This document shows positions 38,597 through 49,295 of a DNA stretch of 64,000 bases, one piece after another (position 1 is the first letter of the stretch; each line of letters opens with the position of its first letter). The position numbers were made by a program, and so were the translations under genes. Origin of the DNA: an uncultured Gemmatimonadaceae bacterium (GTDB taxonomy: Bacteria > Gemmatimonadota > Gemmatimonadetes > Gemmatimonadales > Gemmatimonadaceae). The stretch covers positions 288,001 through 352,000 of the forward strand of contig CAWAGQ010000005.1 in assembly GCA_963781585.1 (NCBI GenBank), given 5' to 3'. The notes beneath the pieces are model-generated. The model searched no databases, had not been told where the DNA came from, and was given only the letters and a program-made list of their open reading frames with translations.

Positions 38597-39141
38597 ATGA
38601 CCGACCGCGACAGCCTCGTTCGTCTCCTGGCGCAACGCTCGGTCCGTCGCGGCGCGTTCACACTAGCCTCGGGACGCACGTCCTCCTATTACGTGGACGC
38701 GCGCCTAACAACGATGGCTCCCGAGGGGATGTCCCTCCTCGGGCCACTCGGCTTGCGGACTATTCGCGAGCGTGGCTGGCGTGCCGATGCCGTGGGTGGT
38801 CTGACGCTCGCCGCTGATCCCATCGCGTTTGCGATCGCGTTCGCCAGCAGTCAGCGCCACCACCGGTACGAGCATTCACGGTTCGGAAGGAGCCCAAACA
38901 GCATGGCACCGGCCGCCTCGTGGAGGGCCCGCTTGTGCCCGGCGATCAGGTCGTCATCGTCGAAGACGTCGTGACCACTGGCGCCTCCGCGCTCAGGGCT
39001 GCAGCTGGGGCGGCGGCCGCTGGTGCGGTTGTCCAAGGAGTTCTTGCCCTGGTCGACCGTGAGGAGGGTGGCGAGGCGGCGATCGCGGCCGCCGGCTACG
39101 ATGTGATCACCGTTGTCACAATCTCCGAACTGTTGCGGTAG
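38597..39141 (+). CDS. pyrE: Orotate phosphoribosyltransferase, frameshift near 38854 (probably an artefact)
   Basis: FTLASGRTSSYYVDAR is followed in the next frame by VRKEPKQHG and VVIVEDVVTTGAS...LVDREEGG. Confidence 0.9.
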
Positions 39142-39195
39142 GGGTGTGCCTCGGTGGCGTGGACCACCCGAAAGACCCACGATACGTCCGGCTGT

Positions 39196-40053
39196 TCAGG
39201 AGCCGCGACCGAGCGGATCGAAGTTGCGCAGGACGGGGAGGAACGGCAGCACCAGGTCATCCCGAAAGTGTTGCAGCATGCCTTCGCCGTCATAGCGATC
39301 GCGGAACTCTGTGGCCGTCAGTTTCATCAGGGCGCGGACATGCCTGCCAAACGCCTGCGGGGATGAGTAATCGAGTTCATTGGCCACCAGCGCAATGGAG
39401 AGCCCGGGGTTCTCGAACATCCGAGCCGCGCACACCAGTCGCGCGAGCGCGAGATATTGCTTGGGGGCCGGCAGTCGCGCGCGGAAGAAGCGACTCATGA
39501 GGGTCGATGGCACGACCCCGAGGCGGCGTGCGAGTAGTCGTACGGTACGCACCTGGGGTGCCGACGCGAAGAACTCATCGAAGAAGCGCCGGCACCCATC
39601 GGGAGCGAGGCTCAGATCCCCGTCTATCCCGGCAACGGCCAGGCGGTACATCTCGGACGCTTGGTCATGCAGCAGCATGGTGCGCAGTCGTTGCCAGCCC
39701 CCCGGTTCGCGCACATCAACGAGGGTCCGCACACCACATCGCCCCAGCACCAGCACCGTCTGCGCGGCTTGCGGCGACAGATTGGATAGCAGGGCAACCG
39801 CCGGGACCCGGGGGAATTCACGGACCATCCGAGCGACTTTCGGTGCCTCATCGGCCGGACACCGTGCTGTGGAGACAATCATGGCGGCGGCCCGGCGATC
39901 ACGCAGATCGCGAAACGCGTCTTCCAGCGTGTCGCGGTGCCAAGCCCGGTAGATCCCGTGACCGGCCGCATCGACACGCATACGCTCATCGGGGGTCAGT
40001 ACTGTCGTTACGCCGGGAACCAGCGGGATCTCAGCGATGGAGCCGGGGAGCAT
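39196..40053 (-). CDS. AraC-family transcriptional regulator
   Basis: C-terminal double HTH: LARRLGVVPSTL...SIALVANELDYSSPQAFGRHVR..TATEFR. Confidence 0.8.
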   Translation of the reverse strand: MLPGSIAEIPLVPGVTTVLTPDERMRVDAAGHGIYRAWHRDTLEDAFRDLRDRRAAAMIVSTARCPADEAPKVARMVREFPRVPAVALLSNLSPQAAQTVLVLGRCGVRTLVDVREPGGWQRLRTMLLHDQASEMYRLAVAGIDGDLSLAPDGCRRFFDEFFASAPQVRTVRLLARRLGVVPSTLMSRFFRARLPAPKQYLALARLVCAARMFENPGLSIALVANELDYSSPQAFGRHVRALMKLTATEFRDRYDGEGMLQHFRDDLVLPFLPVLRNFDPLGRGS

Positions 40054-40285
40054 TGACGGCGTCCTCGTTAGGCATCGCGGTGTGGGAAGGTGGTCGAGTG
40101 CCGTGGGCAAACGACGATGTCGCGCCTCCGTCACGCTGCCGTCACTCGATGCCATCCGCGGGTCTTTCCGTCGGCGGGGGCCACCCCGCTGCTGCGCCAC
40201 CCCACTCGCGGTTGGTCGTGCAGGAAGCCGAATCACCGGCAGCCGCCCGCTGCCGCTCTGCCGAGGCTCTTCTATATTGACTGTG

Positions 40286-40666
40286 GTGCGGTGGCCGCGC
40301 AGTCGCGTGATTCGCGACCCGCGAATCAACGAGGAAAGTCCGGGCTCCATGGGCAACGCGCCAGGTAATACCTGGGCACGGCGTACGTGGCCGTGACGGA
40401 AAGTGCCACAGAAAACAGACCGCCCCGGCTGGCATGTGACGGGGCAAGGGTGAAAAGGTGGGGTAAGAGCCCACCGCGTCAGTGGTAACACTGGCGGCAC
40501 GGAAAACCCCGCGGGAGCAAGGCCAAATAGGCGGCGAGGAGGGCCCACTCCGATGAAGACGCCGCGGGTAGGCCGCTAGAGGGTGAGGGTGACTCCACTC
40601 CCAGAGGAATGACTGCACCGGCTTCGAGTCTGCCGGAACAGAACCCGGCTTACAGGCCGCTTGCAC
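40286..40666 (+). ncRNA. rnpB: RNase P RNA (bacterial class A)
   Basis: GAGGAAAGTCCGGGCTCC, GAAAGTGCCACAGAAAACAGACCGCC, GGGTAAGAGCCCAC, GGAGCAAGGCCAAATAGG and AACAGAACCCGGCTTA; P1 gtgcggtggcc/ggccgcttgcac. Confidence 0.97.
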
Positions 40667-40668
40667 TG

Positions 40669-40699
40669 GCCCCTGGTTCTCCTCCAGAGAACCAGGGGC
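40669..40699. terminator. Hairpin between convergent rnpB and dnaN
   Basis: gcccctggttctc-ctcca-gagaaccaggggc forms a 13-bp stem. Confidence 0.7.
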
Positions 40700-40728
40700 T
40701 CGTTTCCATTCCACCCTATGCACGCTAC

Positions 40729-41840
40729 TTAATCCACGAGCCGCAGGGGCATGACAAGACAGAGGTAGCTTCCCGGTCCACCCCAGTCATGAGGGGTAAT
40801 CGTGGCAGCTCGCTCCGCCGTCTTGAACGTGAAGTCGACCTCGTCTGTGGGCATGTACCGGAGGATCTCCAGCAAATAGCTGCTATTGAACCCGATCTCG
40901 AGGGGATCGCCCGTATATTGAACCGGAATTTCGTCCTGACCCTCGCCGACATCGGGCGTTTGCACCGTGAAACGCAGCAGGGCGGTGTTGAATGAGAGTT
41001 TGACCCGATGCGTCTGATCCGACGCCACCACCGCCATTCGCCGCAACGCGCTGATCAGCGACACCCGGTCGACGACAGCAACGCGGTCGTTGTCCCGGGG
41101 GATGACCTGATCATAGTTCGGATAGGGGCCCTCTATGAGGCGGGTGGATACGCTGGCGAGAGGACTTCGGAAGGCCAGGTGGCTCTCCCCTTGCCCGATT
41201 TCCACCTCCTCGTCGGGCGGGAAGACACGCCGTACCTGCTCCAGCGCCTTCGGAGGGAGGATGAAATCGCCTGTGGCGCCCTCACCCAGTTCTCCCGGCA
41301 CATCTATCATGGCAAGCCGGTGTCCGTTTGTTGCAACCATGCGCAGCTGTTGCGGGCGGATCTCCCACAACACGCCATTCAGAATGGGCCGACTCTCCTC
41401 GGTAGACACAGCAAATGCCGTTCGTGAAATGAGGTCCTGCAGCATGCTTCCCTTCAACCGCCACCCCGAATTGAACTGCACCGCCGGAAATGCCGGAAAC
41501 TCGTCTCGCGGCAAACCAAGCAGCTTGAACCTCGCTCGCCCACACTCCAGGGTCGCTCGCTGCTCGCCTATTGCCGCGAGCTTCACTGGGCCCGGTGGAA
41601 GTTCACGAGCAATTTCCCCCAGCCGCTTGGCTGGTAGCGTGAGGGCACCCGCAGCATCCACTTCCGCAGGCACCTCAACCGAGACCACCACATCCAGATC
41701 CGTCCCAGAAAAGCGCACACTCCGTTCACCCGCCTCCAAGAGCATATTCGACAAGACGGGCAGGGTGGTCTTGCGGGAACGGCGGTTGCAACACTCGTCA
41801 GCGCTTCCTGCAGCTTCTCCCGCGCTATGGTGAAGCGCAT
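40729..41840 (-). CDS. dnaN: DNA polymerase III beta sliding clamp, frameshift near 41773 (artefact likely)
   Basis: MRFTIAREKL...VPA is followed in the next frame by KTTLPVLSN, GTDLD, SRPILNG, VATNGHRL, GPYPNYDQVIP and LVMPLRL. Confidence 0.95.
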
Positions 41841-41960
41841 GTCGGGACCTCGAGTGGAGAATTGATCTTCTGCATCTGTTATATGAAAAGAATACAGTAG
41901 TAGCAGAGGTGTGGAGATGTTGCGGAAATCGGAGATCACGGGTGAACCTGTGGAAGCTCC
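41841..41960. other. oriC: Replication origin (oriC) unwinding region between dnaA and dnaN
   Basis: Tandem DnaA-box-like 9-mers tgtggagat (41910-18) and tgcggaaat (41921-29). Next to them are DnaA-trio-like cagtagtagcag (41895-906) and the AT-rich ttatatgaaaagaata. Confidence 0.8.
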
Positions 41961-43342
41961 AAGAGCGCTGTGTTCAGGCGATTGGCGAAATCTGGGTCGC
42001 TTCTTCGCAACTGGCGTGCGCGGTCGAGGCTGTGGATAACGGTGGAGTGATCGCGACCGCCGAAGGCCAGGCCGATTTCTGTAAGGTGCGCATTGAACAA
42101 TTCGCGTGCGAGCAGCATGGCTGCTTGACGCGGAACAGTCACCTCACGTGCGCGACTCTTCGACGCCAGAGAGGTGCTCGTGACCCCCCACGCGTGCGCC
42201 ACGGCAGCCTGAATCGCGACAATTGAAAGTCGAGCATGATGCGGCGTTGAATCGAGAGCGACGCCACGGGTAGGATCCGGCAAGCGATCGCGCAAAGCCT
42301 CCAGCGCCAGATCGATGGTGACGGGTTGCTGTCGCAGTGAGGCATAGGCGAGCAGCTTGATGATGCATCCCTCGAGTTCTCGAACACTGGACCGTATGTG
42401 TTCGGCGATGAACTGGAGGACTTCTTCAGGGATAGCGTGCTGCAAGTGATCTACCAGCGCCTTCTTCTGCAGAATCGCGATACGGTGCTCGAAGTCCGGG
42501 AGCTCAATGTCCGCGACCATTCCCCACTGAAAGCGGGTTACCAGTCGGGTTTCCATACCCGCGATGTCTGCCGGAGGGCGATCGCTCGTGAGCACAATCT
42601 GACGCCCGGCTTCATAGAGGGCGTTGAATGTGTGGAAGAACTCCTCCTGGGTGGCTTCCTTTCCCTTCAGGAAGTGGACGTCGTCGATGAGGAGCAAGTC
42701 GAGCTCGCGATATCGACGACGGAAATCGTGTGTGGTGCGGCCCTGAATGGATGCGACATATTCGTTCGTAAACTGCTCAGCGCCCACGAAGACAGCGCGG
42801 ATCCCGGGCAGGCGTGCGAGAATCTCGTGTGCGACCGCCTGCATGAGGTGCGTCTTGCCGATCCCCGAGACTCCGTAAATGAAGAGGGGGTTGTACAGGC
42901 GCCCGGGTGACTCAGCGACAGCGAGCGCGGCAGCGCCAGCCAGCTCGTTGGACTTGCCGATTACGAAGTTCTCAAAGGTGTACTGCGACCGTAACGCTGG
43001 ACGCACGGCAGCGGGTCCGGTTCTGGGATTGGGCTCGGATTTCGGAGAGGTCAAGGGGACAAAGAGATCCATCTGCAACCGTTTCTGCGAGTGGGCGTCG
43101 ACCACGAACTCCACCGCACACGGTTCCCCGAGCGCAACCGGCGCAAGGCTCGAGAGCAGAGAAGCATGTTTGGATTCATTCCAGGATGCTGCAAACTGAT
43201 CTGGCGAGGCGACGATGAGGGTACCGCCGCGCACCTCCACCGGCCGAGTCGGCTCGAGCCAAGTACGAAAGGCCTGCTCCGGTACCTCACGCCGCACGCA
43301 TTCAAGGAGACGTTGCCAAACTTCGTCGGGCGCGAGGTCCAT
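41936..43342 (-). CDS. dnaA: Chromosomal replication initiator
   Basis: Motifs YTFENFVIG, YNPLFIYGVSGIGKTHL, LLIDDVHFL, TQEEFFHTFN, VRELEG and FGGRDHSTVIH; AGGAG SD before ATG 43342. Confidence 0.98.
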   Translation of the reverse strand: MDLAPDEVWQRLLECVRREVPEQAFRTWLEPTRPVEVRGGTLIVASPDQFAASWNESKHASLLSSLAPVALGEPCAVEFVVDAHSQKRLQMDLFVPLTSPKSEPNPRTGPAAVRPALRSQYTFENFVIGKSNELAGAAALAVAESPGRLYNPLFIYGVSGIGKTHLMQAVAHEILARLPGIRAVFVGAEQFTNEYVASIQGRTTHDFRRRYRELDLLLIDDVHFLKGKEATQEEFFHTFNALYEAGRQIVLTSDRPPADIAGMETRLVTRFQWGMVADIELPDFEHRIAILQKKALVDHLQHAIPEEVLQFIAEHIRSSVRELEGCIIKLLAYASLRQQPVTIDLALEALRDRLPDPTRGVALDSTPHHARLSIVAIQAAVAHAWGVTSTSLASKSRAREVTVPRQAAMLLARELFNAHLTEIGLAFGGRDHSTVIHSLDRARQLRRSDPDFANRLNTALLELPQVHP

Positions 43343-43348
43343 TGCTCC

Positions 43349-43456
43349 TGTGGAAACTTGAGGGGCGCCGAAGGTATCGGCACTCTGTTGAAAAGTCAAA
43401 CGCGCATCTGTGAATGCGCGTAAGACGTTGACACGATTTATGTAAGCGGGTACGTT
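43349..43456. promoter_or_regulatory. Divergent dnaA/rpmH control region with DnaA-box-like sites and the rpmH promoter
   Basis: tgtggaaac (43349-57) and tgttgaaaa (43386-94); TTGACA(43428)-17 bp-TACGTT(43451) on the + strand. Confidence 0.6.
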
Positions 43457-43504
43457 TACGTCCCTCAGTTTCGTGATCTCTCTGCGGCAGTTTGGACAGC
43501 ATTT

Positions 43505-43669
43505 ATGGGAAAGCCTACATATCGGCCTCGCAACAAGCGGCGCATTCGCAAACACGGATTTCGCACGCGGATGTCGACTCGCTGGGGACGCGAGGTGCTG
43601 AGTCGCCGCAGGAAGAAAGGGCGCAAGCGGCTGACCGTGAAGCTCCCGTCCAAGTACGCCAGCGTCTAA
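43505..43669 (+). CDS. rpmH: 50S ribosomal protein L34 (not in the ORF track)
   Basis: Manual translation: [54 protein letters not shown]. Confidence 0.97.
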   Translation: MGKPTYRPRNKRRIRKHGFRTRMSTRWGREVLSRRRKKGRKRLTVKLPSKYASV

Positions 43670-43670
43670 G

Positions 43671-44021
43671 AGGTCGTTCGGATTCCCGCGAGCATATCGG
43701 CTTCGCGGCGGTGCCGAGCTCCGACGAGTGCAACTCGAGGGGAAGCTGCTCCGGACGAAGGTTCTTTCGCTCCGGGTGTGTGCTTCCCCTGTATTGCATG
43801 GGCGGGTGGGCCTGGTCGTTCCGCGATTCAGACATTCGGCCGTGGAGCGCAACCGCGTGAAGCGACGACTTCGCGAGGCCGTGCGGCTGGAGCTGTTGCC
43901 GGGGGTCGGGACGCTGGACGTAGCAATTCGTCCCTCCCAAGCGGCGTACCGACTGTCGTTCAACGAGTTGCGCGCGGAGATTGTCCAGGTGCGCGACATG
44001 CTCAAAGACGCCAAACGCTGA
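43671..44021 (+). CDS. rnpA: Ribonuclease P protein component (start unresolved)
   Basis: FPRAYRL..., RVGLVVPR and the RNR motif SAVERNRVKRRLRE; located after rpmH. Confidence 0.9.
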   Translation, partial: RSFGFPRAYRLRGGAELRRVQLEGKLLRTKVLSLRVCASPVLHGRVGLVVPRFRHSAVERNRVKRRLREAVRLELLPGVGTLDVAIRPSQAAYRLSFNELRAEIVQVRDMLKDAKR

Positions 44022-44027
44022 TCGAGC

Positions 44028-44237
44028 ATGCGCCAGGTTCTGATTTGGATTGTACGTAGCTACCAGATGTTTGTTGGTCCCCTGCTTCCGGCCAGCTGTC
44101 GTTACTATCCGTCGTGCTCGAATTACGCGATCGAAGCGATCTCGAAGTACGGCGCACTGCGGGGAGGGGCGCTCGCTGCGAGGCGGATTGCTCGCTGTCA
44201 TCCATTTCGTCCCGGGGGCTACGACCCGGTTCCCTAA
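44028..44237 (+). CDS. yidD: Membrane protein insertion efficiency factor
   Basis: Motifs [11 protein letters not shown] and [17 protein letters not shown]. Confidence 0.95.
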   Translation: MRQVLIWIVRSYQMFVGPLLPASCRYYPSCSNYAIEAISKYGALRGGALAARRIARCHPFRPGGYDPVP

Positions 44238-44257
44238 CACCCCAGAGAGTCTGAACA

Positions 44258-45961
44258 ATGGACCGACGCACCATTCTGGCGTTGGTACTGGTCGTCCTCG
44301 TTATTCTCCTCACACCGCGCCTCTTCCCAGGACGCCGACGACTGGGCGGGATTGCCGGCGATACGGTGAGTAATCCGGTCGGCGATACGCTCGCGGGACG
44401 TCAGCCTACGAAAGCGCGTGCGCCATCCGAGCAACTCCCCCGCGACACGCAAATTGTGCCCGCAGTGGCGAGCGTCGCACCGGCCGAGACGACGAGGAAG
44501 TCTGTGAGTGAGCGTGTCGATACAGTCGCCGTCGCCGGCGATGCCGCAGCGTATCGCTTTGTCTCGCTTGGCGGCACGTTGATGGATGTCGAGCTCACCT
44601 CGTTCAAGTCTCTTGGGCCCGCGGACGGCCCCTTGTTCCTGCGATCACCGGAGTCGCCGCTCCTGAGATTCCGCGTGATTGCAGCGCAGGACACCATTCG
44701 GTTCGACCAGGTCAGCTTCACGCATATTGCAGCGGAGGCCGGATCAGCGTCCCGAGATGAGACATTTGTGGGTGCCGTTGGTAGCGACACTCTGGCACTG
44801 CACTATGCCGTCGTACCGGACAGCTTTCTCGTCCACGTGACGGGTCACGTGTCAGCACGGCTCGCGACTGCAGCCTCGGGTCTGGTCGTGGTGGACCTGC
44901 CCGCGACGCTGGAGTCGTTTGAAGCAGACTCGGTAGATGACCAGCGGCACCTTGCCTTTGCATTCAAGCCGAGTCAGCGCGACGCGGAGGGCATTCCGTT
45001 TGGGAAGCTGGATCCCGGAGAACGACGAATTGGAGCTGGCCCGCTGGACTGGATCGCGTTGAAAGACAAGTACTTCGTCATTGGCTTGCTTGCACTTCGA
45101 GGCGACTCCTCAGTGGTGGAGTTCTCGGCAACGGGGCTGGCGCGGACGACGCGAACCGCGTCGCATGCCCAGGGGACGGCAGTTCTGCGGACGAGAGAGG
45201 GTGCGTTCTCGTTCGATGTCTACACGGGGCCGCAGCAGTGGAAACGACTACGGTCCCTGGGGAGAGGTTTTGAGGATTCGAACCCGTACGGAGGCTTTCT
45301 GCGGCCGGTCGTTCAGCCGTTCGCGACAATTGTGCTCCGAATTCTCCTCTGGATGCACGAGACCCTGCGCATGAGCTACGGATGGGTCCTGGTTGTCTTC
45401 GGGATCGTGGTCCGACTCGTCCTGTGGCCGTTGAACCAGAGCGCAATGCGCTCGAGTCTCAAGATGCAGCGCATCCAACCCGAGCTGAACGAACTGCAGA
45501 AGCGATACAAGAGCGATCCCCAGAAGCTGCAGAGTGAGATGATGCGGGTGTATCGGGATCATGGAATGAGCCCGTTCAGCATGTTCTCGGGGTGTCTGCC
45601 CATGCTTCTGCCGATGCCCGTGCTGTTCGCCCTGTTTTTCGTCTTCCAGAACACGATCGAGTTCCGAGGCGTGTCCTTCATGTGGCTGCACGACATCTCC
45701 CAAAAGGATCCGTACTATATCCTTCCGATCCTCATGGGCATCTCGATGTACGTCCTGACGTGGATCGGGAGCCGGAACACTCCGCCCAACCCGCAGACGA
45801 AGATGATGGGGTACATCTTCCCCGTGATGATGACGTTCCTGCTGGCTAATCTGGCCGCGGGACTCAATCTGTACTACGCCATACAGAACGTAGCTGCCCT
45901 TCCACAGCAGTGGTTCATCGCGAATGAACGCGCGAGGGCGGCAGCCGCGAAGAAGAAGTAG
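44258..45961 (+). CDS. yidC: Membrane protein insertase
   Basis: N-terminal TM, periplasmic domain, [32 protein letters not shown] and GLNLYY. Confidence 0.96.
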   Translation: MDRRTILALVLVVLVILLTPRLFPGRRRLGGIAGDTVSNPVGDTLAGRQPTKARAPSEQLPRDTQIVPAVASVAPAETTRKSVSERVDTVAVAGDAAAYRFVSLGGTLMDVELTSFKSLGPADGPLFLRSPESPLLRFRVIAAQDTIRFDQVSFTHIAAEAGSASRDETFVGAVGSDTLALHYAVVPDSFLVHVTGHVSARLATAASGLVVVDLPATLESFEADSVDDQRHLAFAFKPSQRDAEGIPFGKLDPGERRIGAGPLDWIALKDKYFVIGLLALRGDSSVVEFSATGLARTTRTASHAQGTAVLRTREGAFSFDVYTGPQQWKRLRSLGRGFEDSNPYGGFLRPVVQPFATIVLRILLWMHETLRMSYGWVLVVFGIVVRLVLWPLNQSAMRSSLKMQRIQPELNELQKRYKSDPQKLQSEMMRVYRDHGMSPFSMFSGCLPMLLPMPVLFALFFVFQNTIEFRGVSFMWLHDISQKDPYYILPILMGISMYVLTWIGSRNTPPNPQTKMMGYIFPVMMTFLLANLAAGLNLYYAIQNVAALPQQWFIANERARAAAAKKK

Positions 45962-45986
45962 CGTCGATCCTCCTTGGTCCGGTTCG

Positions 45987-47357
45987 ATGGAAAGGTTTGA
46001 AGACGACACCATCGTGGCGATTGCGACGCCACCAGGACGAGGAGCTCTGGCGGTCGTGCGAGTGAGTGGAGCGCGCGCGCACCCGCTGTGCAGAGACGTG
46101 CTGGATCCGTGGCCAGCTCAAGTGAGACGCGCTACCGTCTGCGCCGTCCGGGACCCGGGCAATGGTGTGATCGACCAGGTGGTGGCCGTGGTGTACAGGG
46201 CCCCGCGCTCGTTCACGGGTGAAGACGCAGTAGAACTGACTGGACACGGGGGCCCTCTCTCGCCCGTTGCCGTTGCAGGCCTCCTGGTGCGACGTGGTGC
46301 GCGCCTGGCCCGCCCTGGAGAATTCACGCAGCGCGCCGTGCTGAACGGGAAGCTCGACCTGCTCCAGGCGGAAAGTGTTGCCGACCTGGTGGATGCGCAG
46401 ACCGAGGCAATGCGACGGGCCGCCCTGTTTCATCTCGACGGAGGCCTTTCTGCTCGGATTGCCGCACTGCGGACGCATCTCCTGGAGCTCGAGGCCCTGG
46501 TCGCGTACGAGATCGATTTTCCTGAAGAAGATGATGGTCCGGTGGCGCCAGAACGGGTGCAAGCAGCGATTGACGACGTGCGCGGGGAGATCGACCGGCT
46601 GCTGGCGACAGCCGGAATTGGCGAGGTCGTGCGGACCGGAGCGCTTGTGACCATTGCCGGCCGCCCTAATGTCGGCAAGTCCTCCTTGTTCAACGCTGTC
46701 ATCGGCCACCAGCGGGCCATCGTCACGGATATTCCCGGAACGACGAGGGACGCTCTGGAAGCTGTGATCGAGAGCAACGGTTGGCCGCTCCGGCTGGTGG
46801 ACACCGCTGGGCTCCGGGACACGAGCGACATCGTGGAGCGAGAAGGGGTGCAGGTGAGCCGGCGGTACGTGGATATGGCGCACGTGGCACTGGTGTGTGA
46901 CGACGATGCCGACCAACTGCCGTCGAGCGTGGCTGCCGTTCGGCAGATGACGTCGGCGCCGATCATAGCCGTGCAGACCAAGATCGATCTCGCCCGAAGT
47001 CTCCAGCTCGCCGATCCCGCCGTTCAAGGCTCGGATGCGTCTGTGGCGGTGAGCGTGAGGACGCGCGAGGGGTTGCCCGAATTGCTTGACACGGTCGCGC
47101 GAGTACTCGGCGACCATGTTGGCTGCCTGCCGCTGGATGCGCCGGTGCTCACGCGGGCGCGACATCGTGCTGGACTCGAATGTGCAGGAAGGGAGCTCGA
47201 CGCGTTCCGGGAGGTCTGGCGCACTGGAGCGGTTCCGATGGCGGTGGGCGCCGTACATGTTCGTGCCGCTACCGCTGCACTCGACGAACTGATCGGCGCG
47301 GTGAGCGTCGAGGATGTGCTGGAGCGCGTGTTCGCGACCTTCTGCATCGGAAAGTGA
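45987..47357 (+). CDS. mnmE: tRNA modification GTPase
   Basis: Motifs [47 protein letters not shown] and FCIGK. Confidence 0.97.
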   Translation: MERFEDDTIVAIATPPGRGALAVVRVSGARAHPLCRDVLDPWPAQVRRATVCAVRDPGNGVIDQVVAVVYRAPRSFTGEDAVELTGHGGPLSPVAVAGLLVRRGARLARPGEFTQRAVLNGKLDLLQAESVADLVDAQTEAMRRAALFHLDGGLSARIAALRTHLLELEALVAYEIDFPEEDDGPVAPERVQAAIDDVRGEIDRLLATAGIGEVVRTGALVTIAGRPNVGKSSLFNAVIGHQRAIVTDIPGTTRDALEAVIESNGWPLRLVDTAGLRDTSDIVEREGVQVSRRYVDMAHVALVCDDDADQLPSSVAAVRQMTSAPIIAVQTKIDLARSLQLADPAVQGSDASVAVSVRTREGLPELLDTVARVLGDHVGCLPLDAPVLTRARHRAGLECAGRELDAFREVWRTGAVPMAVGAVHVRAATAALDELIGAVSVEDVLERVFATFCIGK

Positions 47358-47395
47358 AGCCGCGGGGGTCCAATGCGCGGCGGGCACCGGCGCGG

Positions 47396-48334
47396 TCAGG
47401 CGGAAGCCGCTGCCGATTCGGATATGTCGAGCAGCTCCTGCGCGCTGGCGCGAACGGCCCAGGCGGCTCCGCGAGCGTCGATGGCGTCGGCCACCATTTG
47501 TGCCCCAACGAAGTAACCTGCGCGCTCGGGAATAACGACGCGATCCACCGTACGAGCTTCATCGCTCATGCCGCCCGACAAGTAGCGCAGGCGAAGTCCC
47601 AGCGCAGCATGGTCGAGATCTGCCGCAATGGCGCGTGTCACCATCGCCTCGAGTTCCCGGATCCTGGCGTAGAGGCGGCGGCCATACCCAAAGTATTCCC
47701 AGACGGCGTGGCCAGGGCGTGCCAATCTGGAGATCTCCACAGCAAGGCCCTCGTTCACGAGGTGCTCGCGCAGCGTCACGCGCCGTCCGGTCTCCCAGTA
47801 GGAGTAATACCCATCCGCATCATCGATTGCCGCACGAAGCTCGCTTCGGCTTGTCGGAGAGGTGTAACGCACCGCGTGCGCGATCTCATGCGCCAGCCAA
47901 AGCGGCACGAGTTCCGGGTCAAGACCGAGACCCTGAGTTTCCGGATTGGCAACTCCTGTGAAATGTTCGAGACATACGAAGGCCATACCACGCCCGGCGA
48001 CGACGAGTTCTCCGGCATTGGCCGCGCCAACCCCAACCATTAACAGGACATCGACATCGATATCGATATCGAGCAGCTGGGCGCATCGTTCCTCGGCTTC
48101 GCGGGCGAGGGACATAACATCCGTGCGCTCGAGCATCGCGAGCAGATCCGAGCGATCCGCAAGGGCAGCCATACGCACCACGTCGTTGAAGTGCGCACTC
48201 TCGGGATCGAGGACGTAATTGTGCCAGTACGCCGCTAGGCGGTGCCGATGAGTTTCGAAGTAGCGATGATACGCGGCGACTCGATCAGAGCTGTTGAGGA
48301 CTGCGAGAAAGTCCGGCAGCAGGTTCACGAGCAT
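47396..48334 (-). CDS. Putative zinc-dependent metallopeptidase (DUF2268-like)
   Basis: AHEIAH (HExxH), then a downstream NEGLA and AGYFVG. Confidence 0.65.
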   Translation of the reverse strand: MLVNLLPDFLAVLNSSDRVAAYHRYFETHRHRLAAYWHNYVLDPESAHFNDVVRMAALADRSDLLAMLERTDVMSLAREAEERCAQLLDIDIDVDVLLMVGVGAANAGELVVAGRGMAFVCLEHFTGVANPETQGLGLDPELVPLWLAHEIAHAVRYTSPTSRSELRAAIDDADGYYSYWETGRRVTLREHLVNEGLAVEISRLARPGHAVWEYFGYGRRLYARIRELEAMVTRAIAADLDHAALGLRLRYLSGGMSDEARTVDRVVIPERAGYFVGAQMVADAIDARGAAWAVRASAQELLDISESAAASA

Positions 48335-48443
48335 CAACGATCCGGGCGCGAGTGAGCGGCGCAGTGTGTCGCGAATCGCGCGGCAAGATAGTCTCGCTCA
48401 GTTACTCGTACAAGAGAGAATTCTGGGCGATGCGTTCAGATCT

Positions 48444-49091
48444 TCACCGCGTGCCGAACAAACGATCGCCGGCATCGCCCAGACCCGGCAGAATGTATCC
48501 GTGCGAGTTGAGTTCACGGTCGAGCGCGGCCGTGAGCACATGGACATCCGGGTGGTCCTGCCGCATGCGTGCGACACCTTCGGGCGCAGCGACGAGACAG
48601 AGGAAGCGAATGCGAGATCCACCGGCCCGTTTCAATGAAGTCACGGCAGCGGCCGCGCTGCCTCCCGTAGCCAACATCGGGTCGAGCACGAGGAAATCTC
48701 GTTCAGCAGCATCACCCGGAACCTTGAAGTAGTAGTCCACAGGCTTCAGCGTGTCGTGATCGCGATACAGGCCGATGTGTCCCACTCGCGCCGAGGGCAC
48801 GAGCCGAAGCACCCCCTCGACCATCCCCAGTCCCGCGCGCAGAATCGGCACCAGCGTCAGCTTCTTGCCACTGACGCGCCATCCCCGGGCTGTTTCGAGC
48901 GGTGTTTCGACCGGGACCGCCTCGAGAGGTAGGCCGCTCGTAGCCTCGTAGGCCAGAAGCATCGCGAGCTCCTCGACCAGCTCCTTGAAGATCTTCGTGG
49001 GCGTAGCGCGGTCGCGAAGGAGCGTGAGCTTGTGCTGAACGAGTGGATGCCCGACGACGGTGAGGTTGGAGAGCGCAGGGGTGGTGGCCAT
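48444..49091 (-). CDS. upp: Uracil phosphoribosyltransferase
   Basis: Motifs [33 protein letters not shown] and [16 protein letters not shown]. Confidence 0.97.
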   Translation of the reverse strand: MATTPALSNLTVVGHPLVQHKLTLLRDRATPTKIFKELVEELAMLLAYEATSGLPLEAVPVETPLETARGWRVSGKKLTLVPILRAGLGMVEGVLRLVPSARVGHIGLYRDHDTLKPVDYYFKVPGDAAERDFLVLDPMLATGGSAAAAVTSLKRAGGSRIRFLCLVAAPEGVARMRQDHPDVHVLTAALDRELNSHGYILPGLGDAGDRLFGTR

Positions 49092-49118
49092 GAGCGGCAA
49101 GGTACTATCTTCGCGCCC

Positions 49119-49295
49119 ATGAAAGAATATCAGGCCGTGATCCAGCGGATCACACGTCGTACACGAGAAGACGAGGATGCCCTGACCGACCTGCTAAACG
49201 AACGTATTCGAAGCGGTTGGGAGCCCGTGATGATGGCGCAGGACGACCAGCGACTCACCATCATCTTTCAGCGCGAAACCGAATCGGACCACTAG
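49119..49295 (+). CDS. Small hypothetical protein (DUF4177-like pattern)
   Basis: MKEYQAV...[12 protein letters not shown]...IIFQRE; the stop abuts the next start. Confidence 0.6.
   Translation: MKEYQAVIQRITRRTREDEDALTDLLNERIRSGWEPVMMAQDDQRLTIIFQRETESDH

Noticed and set aside
40054..40723. Long minus-strand ORFs (the extension of 39196..40548, and 40142..40723)
   Set aside because: They are antisense to rnpB; shadow ORFs of a GC-rich RNA gene.
43343..44029. 229-aa N-terminal extension of DnaA in the ORF track
   Set aside because: Antisense to rpmH/rnpA; the real start is ATG 43342 with an AGGAG SD.
45915..47387. Large antisense ORFs (e.g. 490 aa opposite mnmE; others opposite murB and cbs)
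   Set aside because: Mirror frames of high-GC genes with no recognisable motifs.
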